From Roseibacillus sp. (GTDB taxonomy: Bacteria > Verrucomicrobiota > Verrucomicrobiia > Verrucomicrobiales > Akkermansiaceae), in contig CBDEUM010000039.1 in assembly GCA_965242925.1 (NCBI GenBank), positions 130,714 through 194,713 on the forward strand: a stretch of 64,000 bases of DNA, in the 5' to 3' direction. A program made the position numbers and the translations under genes. Below the pieces are notes generated by a model. That model did not search any database, was not told the origin of the DNA, and saw only the letters and a list, made by a program, of their open reading frames with translations. Position 1 is the first letter of the stretch. Every line of letters starts with the position of its first letter. Below, piece after piece: positions 11,299 through 21,270 of the stretch.

Positions 11299-12528
11299 CT
11301 ACAGATGCCAGGGGGCCCGCATCGGCTGGTCGATAAGGCGGTTTGCCTCCTCGTCACCGATCGCACGCTCGGTCCTGGGATCGAACTTGATTGACCGCCC
11401 CGTCCGGAAGGCGACGTTGGCGAGATGCATGAGACTCACGGTGCGGTGAGCCACCTCGGGATGTCCCCCGGCAAGCACCCGCGTCTTCACCGCCTCCCCG
11501 AACCCGACCAGGGGTTCCTCATCGGGAATCGCGTCAAACGCACGGCGCTCCTCTTCGTTGAGGTCCTCCCGGCTGATATTCTTCGCCTTCAGGCCATGCG
11601 GCTCGCCCCACTCCCCACTCTCCAGGACCAGCTCCACTCCATCCTCATACTTGAAGCGCACCCATCCCCACATCCCGGCCACCTCGGGATGCGCCGGCGG
11701 CGCATGAGCCGTGACTTCAACAGGCGAGGTCTCGTCCTTACCCATGCGATAGGTGATGGGGTCAAGGGCATGCTGTCCCATGTCCCCCAGTCCACCGCCG
11801 TCGTAGTCCCAGTACCCGCGATGCATGCCGCCGAAACGCGGCGGATGAAACGGCTTCAGGGGAGAAGGTCCGCAATACATGTTCCAGTCGAGATAATCGG
11901 GCACTGGTTGGGGTTTTATCTGCACGGGACCGGACCACTGTCTCACCTTGAATCCTCCCCGGTGGACCACCCGCACCTCCCGTCCGTTCACAAGCCCGGC
12001 CCGTACGATCTTACGCATGTCGTTCCGGCCATTGGAGGCGCCGAAGCGCCCGTAGGTCCCGACCTGGAAGATCCGCTTGGTGCGACGGGAGGCTTCCACC
12101 ACCGCACGACCTTCGGCAAGGAACCGCGTCATGGGCTTCTCGCACACCACGTCCTTACCTGCCTCCATCGCCGCAATCGAAATCAAGGCATGCCAGTGGG
12201 GCGGCGTGCCGATCGCGACGACATCCACGTCGTTTCGTTCAAGGACGCGTCGGAAATCCGTGTAGCGCGTCTTGTTATCGGACTTGCCCACCCACTTCAC
12301 GTCACACCGTGCAATCTCCCGGATGGCCAGCTTGTGCTTCCGGCTGAGATCCCCGAAGGTGCCCGGCCCCCGGCCCCCGGACCCGATGAGGACCGCCCCA
12401 AAGGTCTCACTGGGCGGCGTGCGCTCCCGTCCACCCAGGACGTGGGGAGCCACGATCTGGAACAGACCGGCCCCGGCTGCCCCCTTTACGAACGAACGCC
12501 GCTTGGTCACGACCGATCCGCCCTTCAT
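11299..12528 (-). CDS. Tat-exported Gfo/Idh/MocA family oxidoreductase
   Basis: KRRSFVK Tat motif, LIGSGGRG, GTPPHWH, CEKP, DMGQH. Confidence 0.9.
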   Translation of the reverse strand: MKGGSVVTKRRSFVKGAAGAGLFQIVAPHVLGGRERTPPSETFGAVLIGSGGRGPGTFGDLSRKHKLAIREIARCDVKWVGKSDNKTRYTDFRRVLERNDVDVVAIGTPPHWHALISIAAMEAGKDVVCEKPMTRFLAEGRAVVEASRRTKRIFQVGTYGRFGASNGRNDMRKIVRAGLVNGREVRVVHRGGFKVRQWSGPVQIKPQPVPDYLDWNMYCGPSPLKPFHPPRFGGMHRGYWDYDGGGLGDMGQHALDPITYRMGKDETSPVEVTAHAPPAHPEVAGMWGWVRFKYEDGVELVLESGEWGEPHGLKAKNISREDLNEEERRAFDAIPDEEPLVGFGEAVKTRVLAGGHPEVAHRTVSLMHLANVAFRTGRSIKFDPRTERAIGDEEANRLIDQPMRAPWHL

Positions 12529-12714
12529 TGTTTCTGTTTCCGAATCATTCACTTCTGCCACCGTTCCTGTTCTGCTGAGGTTCTCAATCGATCGACCTGA
12601 TACCAAGGCCCTTTTTACGCCCACTCGGACAAAAATCGATCAAAAGATCATATCTTCAGGCACAAAAATCCGCTTCCCACCTTCGCCCGGCCCTCTACAC
12701 TCCCCATCCAAGTC

Positions 12715-14106
12715 ATGAAGCAATTCACTCGCCGTAAATTTGTCAAAAAAACCGGTATCACTGCCGGTTCCGTTCTCGGGTTCCCTGCCATCGTGAGCGG
12801 ACAAAACCTGAACTCCAAGATTCGCGTGGCCTGTATCGGGGTCGGAGGCAAGGGCAGCAGCGACACCGACAACGCCGCCCGGGAGGGCGGGGAGATCGTG
12901 GCCCTCTGCGACATTGATCGCAACATGCTCAAACGAAAGGCCGGGAAGTTCCCCAAGGCGAAACAGTATCAGGACTTTCGGAAGCTCCTTGAGGAGATGG
13001 AGAACCAGATCGACGCTGTCACGGTCTCCACCCCGGACCACTGCCACGGCGTGGCCGCCATTACCGCCATGGCCATGGGCAAGCATGCCTACGTCCAGAA
13101 GCCGCTCGCCCAGACCGTCTGGGAGTCACGGATCATGCGCAACCTGGCCCGGGAAAAGAAACTCGCCACCCAGATGGGCAACCAGGGCAGCGCCAACGAG
13201 GGACTGCGTCGCGGAGTAGAAGTGATTCACTCTGGCGCAATTGGCAAACCACAGGAACTCCATGTCTGGACCAACCGCCCCGTCTGGCCCCAGGGCATCA
13301 ATCGCCCCAAGGGCTCTGACCCGGTCCCCGGCCACCTCGACTGGGACCTCTGGCTTGGACCTGCCCTGCCGCGTCCCTACAAGGCCGGCGTTTACCACAC
13401 CTTCAAGTGGCGCGGGTGGTTTGACTTCGGCACGGGTGCCCTCGGCGACATGGCATGCCACACCGTCAACATGCCCTTCCGGGCTCTCAAGCTCGGCTAC
13501 CCCGACCGCATCGAATGCGAGGTGGCCTCCCGCCCCTACAAAGAAACCTTCCCGCTCAGCTCAAGGGTCCGCTTCGATTTCCCCTCCCGTGGAGACTGGC
13601 CAGCCCTCAAGTTCTGGTGGTATGACGGCAATCCCCGTGATCGCCAGGCTCCCATCCGCCCTTACAGCGATATCACTGCCAACCTGGTTGCCAACCAGGG
13701 CAACAAACTCCCCGCGAGTTGCTGTCTCATCAAGGGTTCCGAGGGTGAGATCTACTCCCCCGACGACTACGGGCAGAATGTTTTCCTCATGCGTAAGGGG
13801 GAAAAGAGCTACACCAACATCAACAACCACCCGGCCTGTAAGGATATCCCCAAGGTCATTCCCCGCTCCCCCGGTCACGTGAAGGAGTGGTTCGAGATGA
13901 TGAAGGATCCCGACAAGCCCGCCTACTCGAGCTTCGAGATCGCGGCCTATCTCAACGAGGTCATCCTCCTTGGCTGCCTTGCCAACCAGATCGGGGAAGG
14001 ACGCCCCATCGAATGGGACGGCCCGAACATGAAGTCCAAGGACAACGAGGAAGCCTCCAAGCTCGTCAAGCGCGACTACCGCCCGGGCTGGGAACCCAAG
14101 ATCTAA
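12715..14106 (+). CDS. Tat-exported Gfo/Idh/MocA family oxidoreductase
   Basis: TRRKFVK Tat motif, CIGVGGKG, STPDHCH, VQKPL, GALGDMACH. Confidence 0.92.
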   Translation: MKQFTRRKFVKKTGITAGSVLGFPAIVSGQNLNSKIRVACIGVGGKGSSDTDNAAREGGEIVALCDIDRNMLKRKAGKFPKAKQYQDFRKLLEEMENQIDAVTVSTPDHCHGVAAITAMAMGKHAYVQKPLAQTVWESRIMRNLAREKKLATQMGNQGSANEGLRRGVEVIHSGAIGKPQELHVWTNRPVWPQGINRPKGSDPVPGHLDWDLWLGPALPRPYKAGVYHTFKWRGWFDFGTGALGDMACHTVNMPFRALKLGYPDRIECEVASRPYKETFPLSSRVRFDFPSRGDWPALKFWWYDGNPRDRQAPIRPYSDITANLVANQGNKLPASCCLIKGSEGEIYSPDDYGQNVFLMRKGEKSYTNINNHPACKDIPKVIPRSPGHVKEWFEMMKDPDKPAYSSFEIAAYLNEVILLGCLANQIGEGRPIEWDGPNMKSKDNEEASKLVKRDYRPGWEPKI

Positions 14107-14117
14107 CTGGTTTCAGG

Positions 14118-14160
14118 TTCAAGGTTCCAAGCCGGAGTCTATCCCGGCTTGGAACTTGAA
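14118..14160. terminator. Strong hairpin after the oxidoreductase stop (terminator or mRNA-stabilising stem)
   Basis: GTTCCAAGCCGG (14124-14135) pairs with CCGGCTTGGAAC (14144-14155), extended by TTCAA/TTGAA with one bulge. No clear U-tract. Confidence 0.5.
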
Positions 14161-14184
14161 TCCTCCCACCTGCCAATCCACAGA

Positions 14185-14673
14185 ATGAGAAACCGTATCT
14201 GTCGATCCCTTCTCCTGCTTTGCTGCCTGCTCAGCCTTCCTTCCTGCCTGAGCTACCACGCCCGCTTTGACAAGGCGGTGGCCCAGGCTGTGGCAGCTGG
14301 CAAGCCCACCGATATCACCGGGCCCTGGAAGGGGAACTGGAAGAGCAAATGGAACGGCCACGAGGGACCGCTCTGGTGCATTGTCACTCCCACTCCTGAG
14401 AAACCAGGGACCTATGATTTCCGCTATCGTGCGGGCTGGGGGATCGTCCAGTTTGGAAACTACGTTCACACCATCCCGGCAAAAAGGGCCCCCGACGGCT
14501 CTTTCCTAGTGAAAGGCGAGATGGTCCTCCCGAAACTGGTGGGAACCCATTCTCTCGACGGCAAGCTCGATGCGGAAACCTTCGATGCCTCCTACAAATC
14601 CGACAAGGGCGACCATGGCATCATGACCCTGCGGCGTCCCGGAAAGAAGGAAAACCCTGCCCCGGAAGAGTAA
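14185..14673 (+). CDS. Hypothetical lipoprotein, beta-rich
   Basis: Basic N-terminus, hydrophobic stretch, lipobox LPSC; GPWKGNWKS..HEGPLWC. Confidence 0.7.
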   Translation: MRNRICRSLLLLCCLLSLPSCLSYHARFDKAVAQAVAAGKPTDITGPWKGNWKSKWNGHEGPLWCIVTPTPEKPGTYDFRYRAGWGIVQFGNYVHTIPAKRAPDGSFLVKGEMVLPKLVGTHSLDGKLDAETFDASYKSDKGDHGIMTLRRPGKKENPAPEE

Positions 14674-14833
14674 GGTCGCTGCTTTTCTTCCTCAAGGTTT
14701 CAAGCCCTGACGTCCTGGTTTGAGCCGGGTTACAGGCACTCCCCGCCAATTGACGTTTCAGATCGAACTCCCCTCCGGGTAATTGAACCATGGATCCCGG
14801 GGTTGCATGACCCGGTCATGATGAGATCTGTTG

Positions 14834-17800
14834 TCATCGAAGCCGGGAGCGCAGACGGAAGTAGAGTTGGGGCGCCTGGTGAGTCGGCTGCGCTGCCCGC
14901 CACGTGACCAACGCGGTTCCGTCTCCCAGATTCACGGTGGCGACAGGAACGGCATACTCGGATCCGGAATTCCAGTTCTCCAGATCCTCCGACACTTCCA
15001 CTAAATCGATCACATCGTCAGCGGCCAGGTTACGGCGATACGAAAACGTGAAGTAGTCCTCTGTCAATCCCCCCACCCCGCCCGCTTCAATTCCGCCGCT
15101 CGGACGCGCCTCATCCGGAAGGAACAGGTTTCCCAGGACATGGTCAATCAGGTCGGGAAGCCCATTGGAGTCGCGGTCGGCATTTACGTTTCCTGCAAAG
15201 ACGATCGCATCGGAGGCATCAGGGTTGCCCCCGGCTGATACGCTGGATCGCCAGTTCAGAGGATCGGCATGATCCGGATTGCCCTCGGGATGAACCAGGA
15301 CGAGGGAAGGCCCGAGTCCGTCCGCCGCGGCAGGCCAGGGTGGAAGATCCCTGTAGGTGAAGCTGCGGATCGTGGTCTCATCCGTTGCCACCAGCAAAAG
15401 AGCCTCCCCGGCGTCACTCAGGTTGCCCGTGAACTCTCCGGCAATCGCTGCTGCCGGAACCGCCGGGTAGCGATGCGAGAACGCCACCAAGTCATTGACG
15501 ATTGCGATCCGCTCACCGGCCGCCAGCACGGTACCGGTCAACGATTCAGTGAAGTTGAACCTGATGCCCTCAGTAAACCGCACATTGGTCAGGTCGATCG
15601 TCCCGCTCGAAATATTCATGAGCTCCACGAACTCGAACCTGCTGCGGGCCTCGAAGCCGAGTCCCTCCTCCTCAATGGTGGGCGAACCGGGGCGATAGTG
15701 GATCTCCGTGATCGCGAGATTCTGATCCGAGGCAGGAGGGATGACACTGGTGTTGTCGATCGTGATGGAGTCACTTCCCACCAGGTTTCCTGAGAAATCG
15801 AGCGCGTCGAGGGTGTAGATGTGCCGTCCCGGCAGGAGAGGAAGAGCCACCTCCCAGGAATCGGTGTCCGACCACGACAAGGAGAGCGGAGAGCTCCCGC
15901 CATGCACCCGGATTTCCCGGACATTCACCCAGCCGGACCCCGTCACCGACGCACTGCCGGCATCCACCGTAAGCGGACTGTCGGTCGTGACGGAGAACTC
16001 CACCGGGCCAATTCCGCTGCTGATCTGGGACAGGATATTGTTGGAACGGTTCGCGATGTAGTTGAGATGGCCTCTCCAGTTCTGGCTGGAATCAAAGGAA
16101 GCCAGGTGAGTGGTCCACATCGACATGTAATCGCGATTGTAGGTTGTCGATATGATGTCGTGCAGGTGACCGAGATAGATTCGCCTGCGCGCGGGATCGG
16201 CAGTGAGCCTGGAACATTCCGAGTTGGCAAAGATGCTGCGGGTTGTGCTGAACGCAAAGTCCATGTCGTGCGGCAGGAACATCACCCGCCCGTCCGGGTG
16301 CGCGTAGTACATCCCGTTGTGCTGACTGTTGGCGCCGGCATTGTCACCCGCTCCCGAGAGAACCGCGTAGGCCATGCCGCGGAGCCAGCCATCGATGTCG
16401 ACTACCTCCTCCAGTCCGTTCTCGAAGGCCGTTCCGCCCTGGCTGAACTTCTTGTTATAGGCGATGATGGGACCAAAATCGTCCGCTTCTCGATTGTTCT
16501 TTTTCAGGAAGAACCAGCGGTAGTTCTCCTTGCTGTCGCCAAGGTTGCTCACGGAAACCCCGTTCACGCCATCGGGATTTGGCAGCTTGAATCCGCTCGC
16601 GTCGGCATTGTTCGGAGAGTAGATCAACTCGTATTCGTAAAGGTTTCCGTCCGCACCGTTCTCAAACTGCGACTCGAGAAAGACTTCATCATAGCGCGCC
16701 ATCTGCAGCACGGCAGACCGGGTATGCACGTCCTTCGGCGCCAGCACCCTGACGAAGTCGTAGTAGCGGCTCACCACTCCTCCGGAATTGGCGATCATGA
16801 AATCGAACAGGATCTCGAACTGCCCCTGTCCAACCCCTTCGGAACGGTCGATCGCGACGGACCTGTGAATGCCGCGGTAGAGCTGATCGCGACCGAAACG
16901 CATGTTGTAGCCGACGCGGTTGTCCTGGAAACGGGCCCGCTCACTGCCCTTGAGACGGAGTTTCACATCGTAGTAGATGTCCTCTTCGCGGTCGATGATG
17001 GTCGCCCCGATGCGATCATTGCTCATCACTTCGGTCCCCACATGGAGGAAATCGCGCTCCGCATTGGTGACCACGAGGCGGAAATTGTGCTGACCGTTGG
17101 TCGCGGCGAGTCCGTCATCGATCTTGTAGAGCGCGCGGGAGTCCGGACCGGCGGCAGGAAAGAACGAGGTGACGCCGAGGCCATCAACGGCCTGCACATA
17201 GAACTGAACAACACTCCCCGCAGTCCGTCTCCGGATCGTTCCCGTGTAGAGCCCGTCCGCCCCCGCACTCATCGGCACGATCCGGTTGGCAGATCCGTTA
17301 ACGGAATAAAAGAGGGTCATTCCAGCGACCGAATCCGGGTCGGTGGCCTGGGCTGTCACGGTGACCAGCTCCCCCGGGGCCGGAACGGCGGGAGAGTGCC
17401 TGAAGTTGCGGATCGAGGGTCCGATGTTGACCTCCGCCCTTGAGTTGGCGGCCGATGGCGTGCCCGCGTGCACCGGCCGATCGAGGAAGGATACCTGTGG
17501 CATGCGATTGAAATACAGGCGCGAGTGCAGCTGGTTCGAACCGCTCACCCAGCGCGCGCGGAATGAGATCTCGTAAACCTCGCCGTTGCTTACCTGGCCG
17601 AGAAGCGTCGTTTCGATCTGGTTGTGCATGTGCCCGGTTGCACCGGTCGCCACCACCCGCAGCACGTTGTTCCCTGGTTCGTCGGGGTCCTCTACAATCG
17701 TGGAGTGCCGATGTGTGCCCCGGAATCGCCAGCCGGTTGCACCACTGCTGAAATCCGTATTGCTGATCTTCGGGATCGACCGGTTCTCGACGACCGTGAT

Positions 17801-19294
17801 GTCGTCGATCAGGATCTCACCCGCACCAAGCAATCCCAAGTTGAACTCCCTCCATTTCGAGTCAGGTCCGCGGCTCGCCGCAGACCTGGCACGGTATCTG
17901 TAATTCTGCCAACCGCCTTGCTCCCTCTCGTCACTCGCGGCCCAGGATTCCGCCACGCTGTTGTCGGCATCGAGATCCCGCAGCTCAAGACTCGATCCGC
18001 CGCCATCCGCAGTCTCCGGCCAGCGACCACTGTCGAAATACCTCACCTCATCGACTGGATTCCTGCTGCTGTCACGCAGGTGGATTCGTTCAGAAGAACG
18101 GGAAAGGCTGCCTTGAAACTCTCCCAGCAGCCGTGCTCCGGGATAGGCATCCGCGAACTCCACCGCATCTCGCGCAATGCAGGCGTGCTCCCCGGCCGCA
18201 AGACTCACCCCGGCAGGAAAGGTAAAGTTTATCCCGTCACTGAATTTCCAGCCATCAAGAGAAATCGGACCAGCACTTCGATTCGCGACCTCGATCCACT
18301 GGTTGTCCGAATTCTCGACCGCCCGGGAAGAACTTCGGCCCGCCTGAAGAGCGGGCGGATTGTACATGATCTCACTGATGACCACCTCGTCGTGAAAGGC
18401 AAAGGTGTTGGGCGTCCCGGGCGTTGCCACATCCGGGTAGAGCCAGGCCCCGCCGCGCGCCCCGGCCCGGCCCCGCAGACTCCCCGTCAATTCGCGCCCA
18501 TCCAGCACAAGGGATTCGGTGGAGTCGTAAAGGAACAGCTTTTCATGCTCCAGGGGCCGGAATCCCAGCTCCGTTTCCGTCAACACCAGCCTGGCCCCGG
18601 CTGCCAGCGACTGCGCCGGAATCGCATGCCGGCGGAGGGGGTCGGCCCCGGCGGTCAGAATCATGCCTTCCAACTCGGCATCCAAGGCCCCGACATTCAC
18701 CAGTTCCACCCAGAACGGATCCTCGCCGGCGGACGGCATTTCATTGATCAGGACCGACGAAGCGGCAGCCGGTGAAGGAAAGTTTTTCGCCCCGGGAGTT
18801 CCCCCCACCTGCGCGGCAGCGGTCCAATTTCCGGGTGGTTTGTTGGCGGTGTAAGGTCGGCGCTTGGCGAGAGTCACGCCCGATCCATCGGCCTCTTCCG
18901 GCCAGCGGCCATCATCGCCGTAGGTGATCTCATCCATCAGGCGATGGGACTGGTTGATGAGCCGCAATCGCTCCCCCCCGTTTTCGAGGTTGCCGGTGAA
19001 GGGGCCGTGCTGGCCGGCCAGGGGAGCCTTCGCCACTACCAGGTAACCCCCCGGATCGATCACCGTTCCCGGAGGAAAGGTGTAGTCAATTCCCTCGATG
19101 CGCCAGCCGGAGACATCGGTCTTGATGCCCATCTGATTGAAAAACTCGATCCACTCTCCCTCCTCCGACTGACCCACCGGGTTATAGTGGATCTCATTGA
19201 AGACCACTACCGCATCCGGGGAGGCGCGGAGACCCGGTCCGGTCAGAACGACCAGGATAACTCCAAGCAGGACAGGAATCGGCGGGGGGTTCAT
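14834..19294 (-). CDS. Large secreted lamin-tail-domain protein with divergent CotH-like domain and C-terminal domain
   Basis: Signal peptide from MNPPP; four LTD starts (VVFNEIHYNP, VLINE, VVISEIMYNP, LAITEIHYRP); KLRLKGSER and FLPHDMDF are CotH-like. Confidence 0.88.
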   Translation of the reverse strand: MNPPPIPVLLGVILVVLTGPGLRASPDAVVVFNEIHYNPVGQSEEGEWIEFFNQMGIKTDVSGWRIEGIDYTFPPGTVIDPGGYLVVAKAPLAGQHGPFTGNLENGGERLRLINQSHRLMDEITYGDDGRWPEEADGSGVTLAKRRPYTANKPPGNWTAAAQVGGTPGAKNFPSPAAASSVLINEMPSAGEDPFWVELVNVGALDAELEGMILTAGADPLRRHAIPAQSLAAGARLVLTETELGFRPLEHEKLFLYDSTESLVLDGRELTGSLRGRAGARGGAWLYPDVATPGTPNTFAFHDEVVISEIMYNPPALQAGRSSSRAVENSDNQWIEVANRSAGPISLDGWKFSDGINFTFPAGVSLAAGEHACIARDAVEFADAYPGARLLGEFQGSLSRSSERIHLRDSSRNPVDEVRYFDSGRWPETADGGGSSLELRDLDADNSVAESWAASDEREQGGWQNYRYRARSAASRGPDSKWREFNLGLLGAGEILIDDITVVENRSIPKISNTDFSSGATGWRFRGTHRHSTIVEDPDEPGNNVLRVVATGATGHMHNQIETTLLGQVSNGEVYEISFRARWVSGSNQLHSRLYFNRMPQVSFLDRPVHAGTPSAANSRAEVNIGPSIRNFRHSPAVPAPGELVTVTAQATDPDSVAGMTLFYSVNGSANRIVPMSAGADGLYTGTIRRRTAGSVVQFYVQAVDGLGVTSFFPAAGPDSRALYKIDDGLAATNGQHNFRLVVTNAERDFLHVGTEVMSNDRIGATIIDREEDIYYDVKLRLKGSERARFQDNRVGYNMRFGRDQLYRGIHRSVAIDRSEGVGQGQFEILFDFMIANSGGVVSRYYDFVRVLAPKDVHTRSAVLQMARYDEVFLESQFENGADGNLYEYELIYSPNNADASGFKLPNPDGVNGVSVSNLGDSKENYRWFFLKKNNREADDFGPIIAYNKKFSQGGTAFENGLEEVVDIDGWLRGMAYAVLSGAGDNAGANSQHNGMYYAHPDGRVMFLPHDMDFAFSTTRSIFANSECSRLTADPARRRIYLGHLHDIISTTYNRDYMSMWTTHLASFDSSQNWRGHLNYIANRSNNILSQISSGIGPVEFSVTTDSPLTVDAGSASVTGSGWVNVREIRVHGGSSPLSLSWSDTDSWEVALPLLPGRHIYTLDALDFSGNLVGSDSITIDNTSVIPPASDQNLAITEIHYRPGSPTIEEEGLGFEARSRFEFVELMNISSGTIDLTNVRFTEGIRFNFTESLTGTVLAAGERIAIVNDLVAFSHRYPAVPAAAIAGEFTGNLSDAGEALLLVATDETTIRSFTYRDLPPWPAAADGLGPSLVLVHPEGNPDHADPLNWRSSVSAGGNPDASDAIVFAGNVNADRDSNGLPDLIDHVLGNLFLPDEARPSGGIEAGGVGGLTEDYFTFSYRRNLAADDVIDLVEVSEDLENWNSGSEYAVPVATVNLGDGTALVTWRAAQPTHQAPQLYFRLRSRLR

Positions 19295-19502
19295 CGTGAA
19301 TTGTAAGGAGGCATTCCCTCCCGATTTCAGGACCTGGGAGCGCACAACTCCCTTCCCTTACCCTCCTGCAGAATCCATATTCCGGGATTCTCCGCATTCT
19401 TGCGCCAAGCGGCGTGCATAACAGCTGAATAGTGCGATCTTGTCCAAACTTTCTATGGGATAAACTATCCAACCATGCCCGCACCTGGAACAGCGCGGGC
19501 TC

Positions 19503-21164
19503 TTACTGGTTCTCAAGGTATCCCCTGGCCATCACTTCGCCCAGCTGCACGATGCCTCCAGTGGTGATGACCAGCATTTTTTCCTGGGGCGGAAGATTCA
19601 AGGCCCTGAGGTGAATGAGGTTCGGATCCCCTGCGGCGACCTCGGCCATGTTGCCGACTACATCAATAGTATTGAGTTTTTCCACATCCGTCGGGGGCTG
19701 CTGGCTCACAAACCACCTCAAACCAGGTTGCGCCAGATCCTTCCGGCTCTGGTTAACAATGGCCTGCACCCGCGCGGCCGCTTCCCTGCGGTAGGGGTGG
19801 AAGGACATGTCGTTTTCCCCCAGGTGATAAAAGACGCCGGCAATCTCCACCTGCTGCCCCCTGGCAGTCAGTTCCCGGATGGAGTCCTTCACGAACTGGA
19901 TGAACTTCGGATAAAGGTGCCGGCTTTTCGCCATGCTGCCTTCCGGGGTCCAGTCGATGATCTGCGAGCCGCTGTGGGTGAACTTGGCAATAGCGAGGTT
20001 GCCCTTGACCCGGCTGCCCAGGGTGTGGCCAAAGCTCAGCTCCGGGCCGAAGGTGTCGTAGTAACCGGTGAGGCCCAGTGCTTCCCATCCCCGGGAGCGG
20101 TGGTAGCCTCCACCCAGGTCATACTTGTAGGCGATCCTGGCATTATCCTTGAGCAGAGCCCCCTGCCCCTTGAGCTCCTTCAGTTCCTGCACGAAGGCGC
20201 GCTCGCCTTCCATGTTGCGGTGGCCGGCCAGAACAAAGAGTTTCACCGCGCTGCCTTCCCGGTAGGGCCATTTTTTCAAGGACCGTGGCGGCCTGAGCTT
20301 CAGGCCGATCGTGCGCAGGTAGGCAGTGGCATAGTTTTCTCCATGCTGCAGCTGACCCAGGGTGCCGTAGTGATAATGCAGCCCCACCGGTCGACCGATC
20401 TCCGCCCCCACATGGGAGGTGAGCACGTATTCGGCGCGGGGATCGGCCCCCGTCACCTCGCGCTGACCGAGACTGATAGCATACATGCGGGGACGCAGGT
20501 CCATCCCCCAGATGGTCTTGGTGCAGAGTTCGCCGATGTAGAACTTGAGAGCGGGGGTCTTGAGATCCCGACGCCAGCTGGCCAAGAAGTTTTTCAGGTT
20601 CCTCCCGTAGCCCTTCATGTACTCCTCGTTGAACATGTCGTTCTCGCCCTGGTGCCACATGAAACCTTCGAGGCGGTACTTGATCTTGCGCTGATCCAGA
20701 TCCGCCAGGGCTTTGCGGATGGCTTCCAGGGCGAGGGGATACATCTTGAACCCGATGGGCTGGTCAGGGTTCCAGTCTCCTCCCAGGTGCGTGCCCCCGG
20801 CCGCCACCTTGATAATGGCAATGGGTGCCTTGATATGCCGGGTGACCTTGCGAGCGAAGCTAAGCTCCGGACCAACCACGTTATTGACGTGCTGCAGGGG
20901 CACCCAGCCTTCCGAACGCCTCTTGTTCTCCCGGCCGATGCAGTAGGTGAAGAGCACCTTCTCCTGCGGTCCCTCCAGTCCGCCATAGGGGGGGAAACGC
21001 CTGATGTCCCCTACCTTCGAATCAGAGCCCACCATGTTGGACTGGCCCGCAAAGATGAAGACCCGCAGGGTCTCCTGGTCGTCATTGGTCTGGGCCACAG
21101 CTGGCAGGGTCAGGACCCACAGGAGAATCGCGGCCAGAGCAGGGGCGGAATATTCTTGAATCAT
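19503..21164 (-). CDS. Secreted sialate O-acetylesterase (SASA/CE6-like) protein with two tandem SGNH domains
   Basis: Signal peptide from MIQEYSA; FIFAGQSNMVG, GPELSFA, WHQGEND; second copy LAGHRNMEG, GPELSFG, YHLGEND. Confidence 0.85.
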   Translation of the reverse strand: MIQEYSAPALAAILLWVLTLPAVAQTNDDQETLRVFIFAGQSNMVGSDSKVGDIRRFPPYGGLEGPQEKVLFTYCIGRENKRRSEGWVPLQHVNNVVGPELSFARKVTRHIKAPIAIIKVAAGGTHLGGDWNPDQPIGFKMYPLALEAIRKALADLDQRKIKYRLEGFMWHQGENDMFNEEYMKGYGRNLKNFLASWRRDLKTPALKFYIGELCTKTIWGMDLRPRMYAISLGQREVTGADPRAEYVLTSHVGAEIGRPVGLHYHYGTLGQLQHGENYATAYLRTIGLKLRPPRSLKKWPYREGSAVKLFVLAGHRNMEGERAFVQELKELKGQGALLKDNARIAYKYDLGGGYHRSRGWEALGLTGYYDTFGPELSFGHTLGSRVKGNLAIAKFTHSGSQIIDWTPEGSMAKSRHLYPKFIQFVKDSIRELTARGQQVEIAGVFYHLGENDMSFHPYRREAAARVQAIVNQSRKDLAQPGLRWFVSQQPPTDVEKLNTIDVVGNMAEVAAGDPNLIHLRALNLPPQEKMLVITTGGIVQLGEVMARGYLENQ

Positions 21165-21270
21165 GGTCTTGCTACTGCCTTGAACATGACGCTTCCAGTT
21201 CCATTCCTTCAAGCGTTTTTGCGTTGATGCCAACGTTGGCTTTGGCCGGATTGTGTTTCCGGAGCATGGA

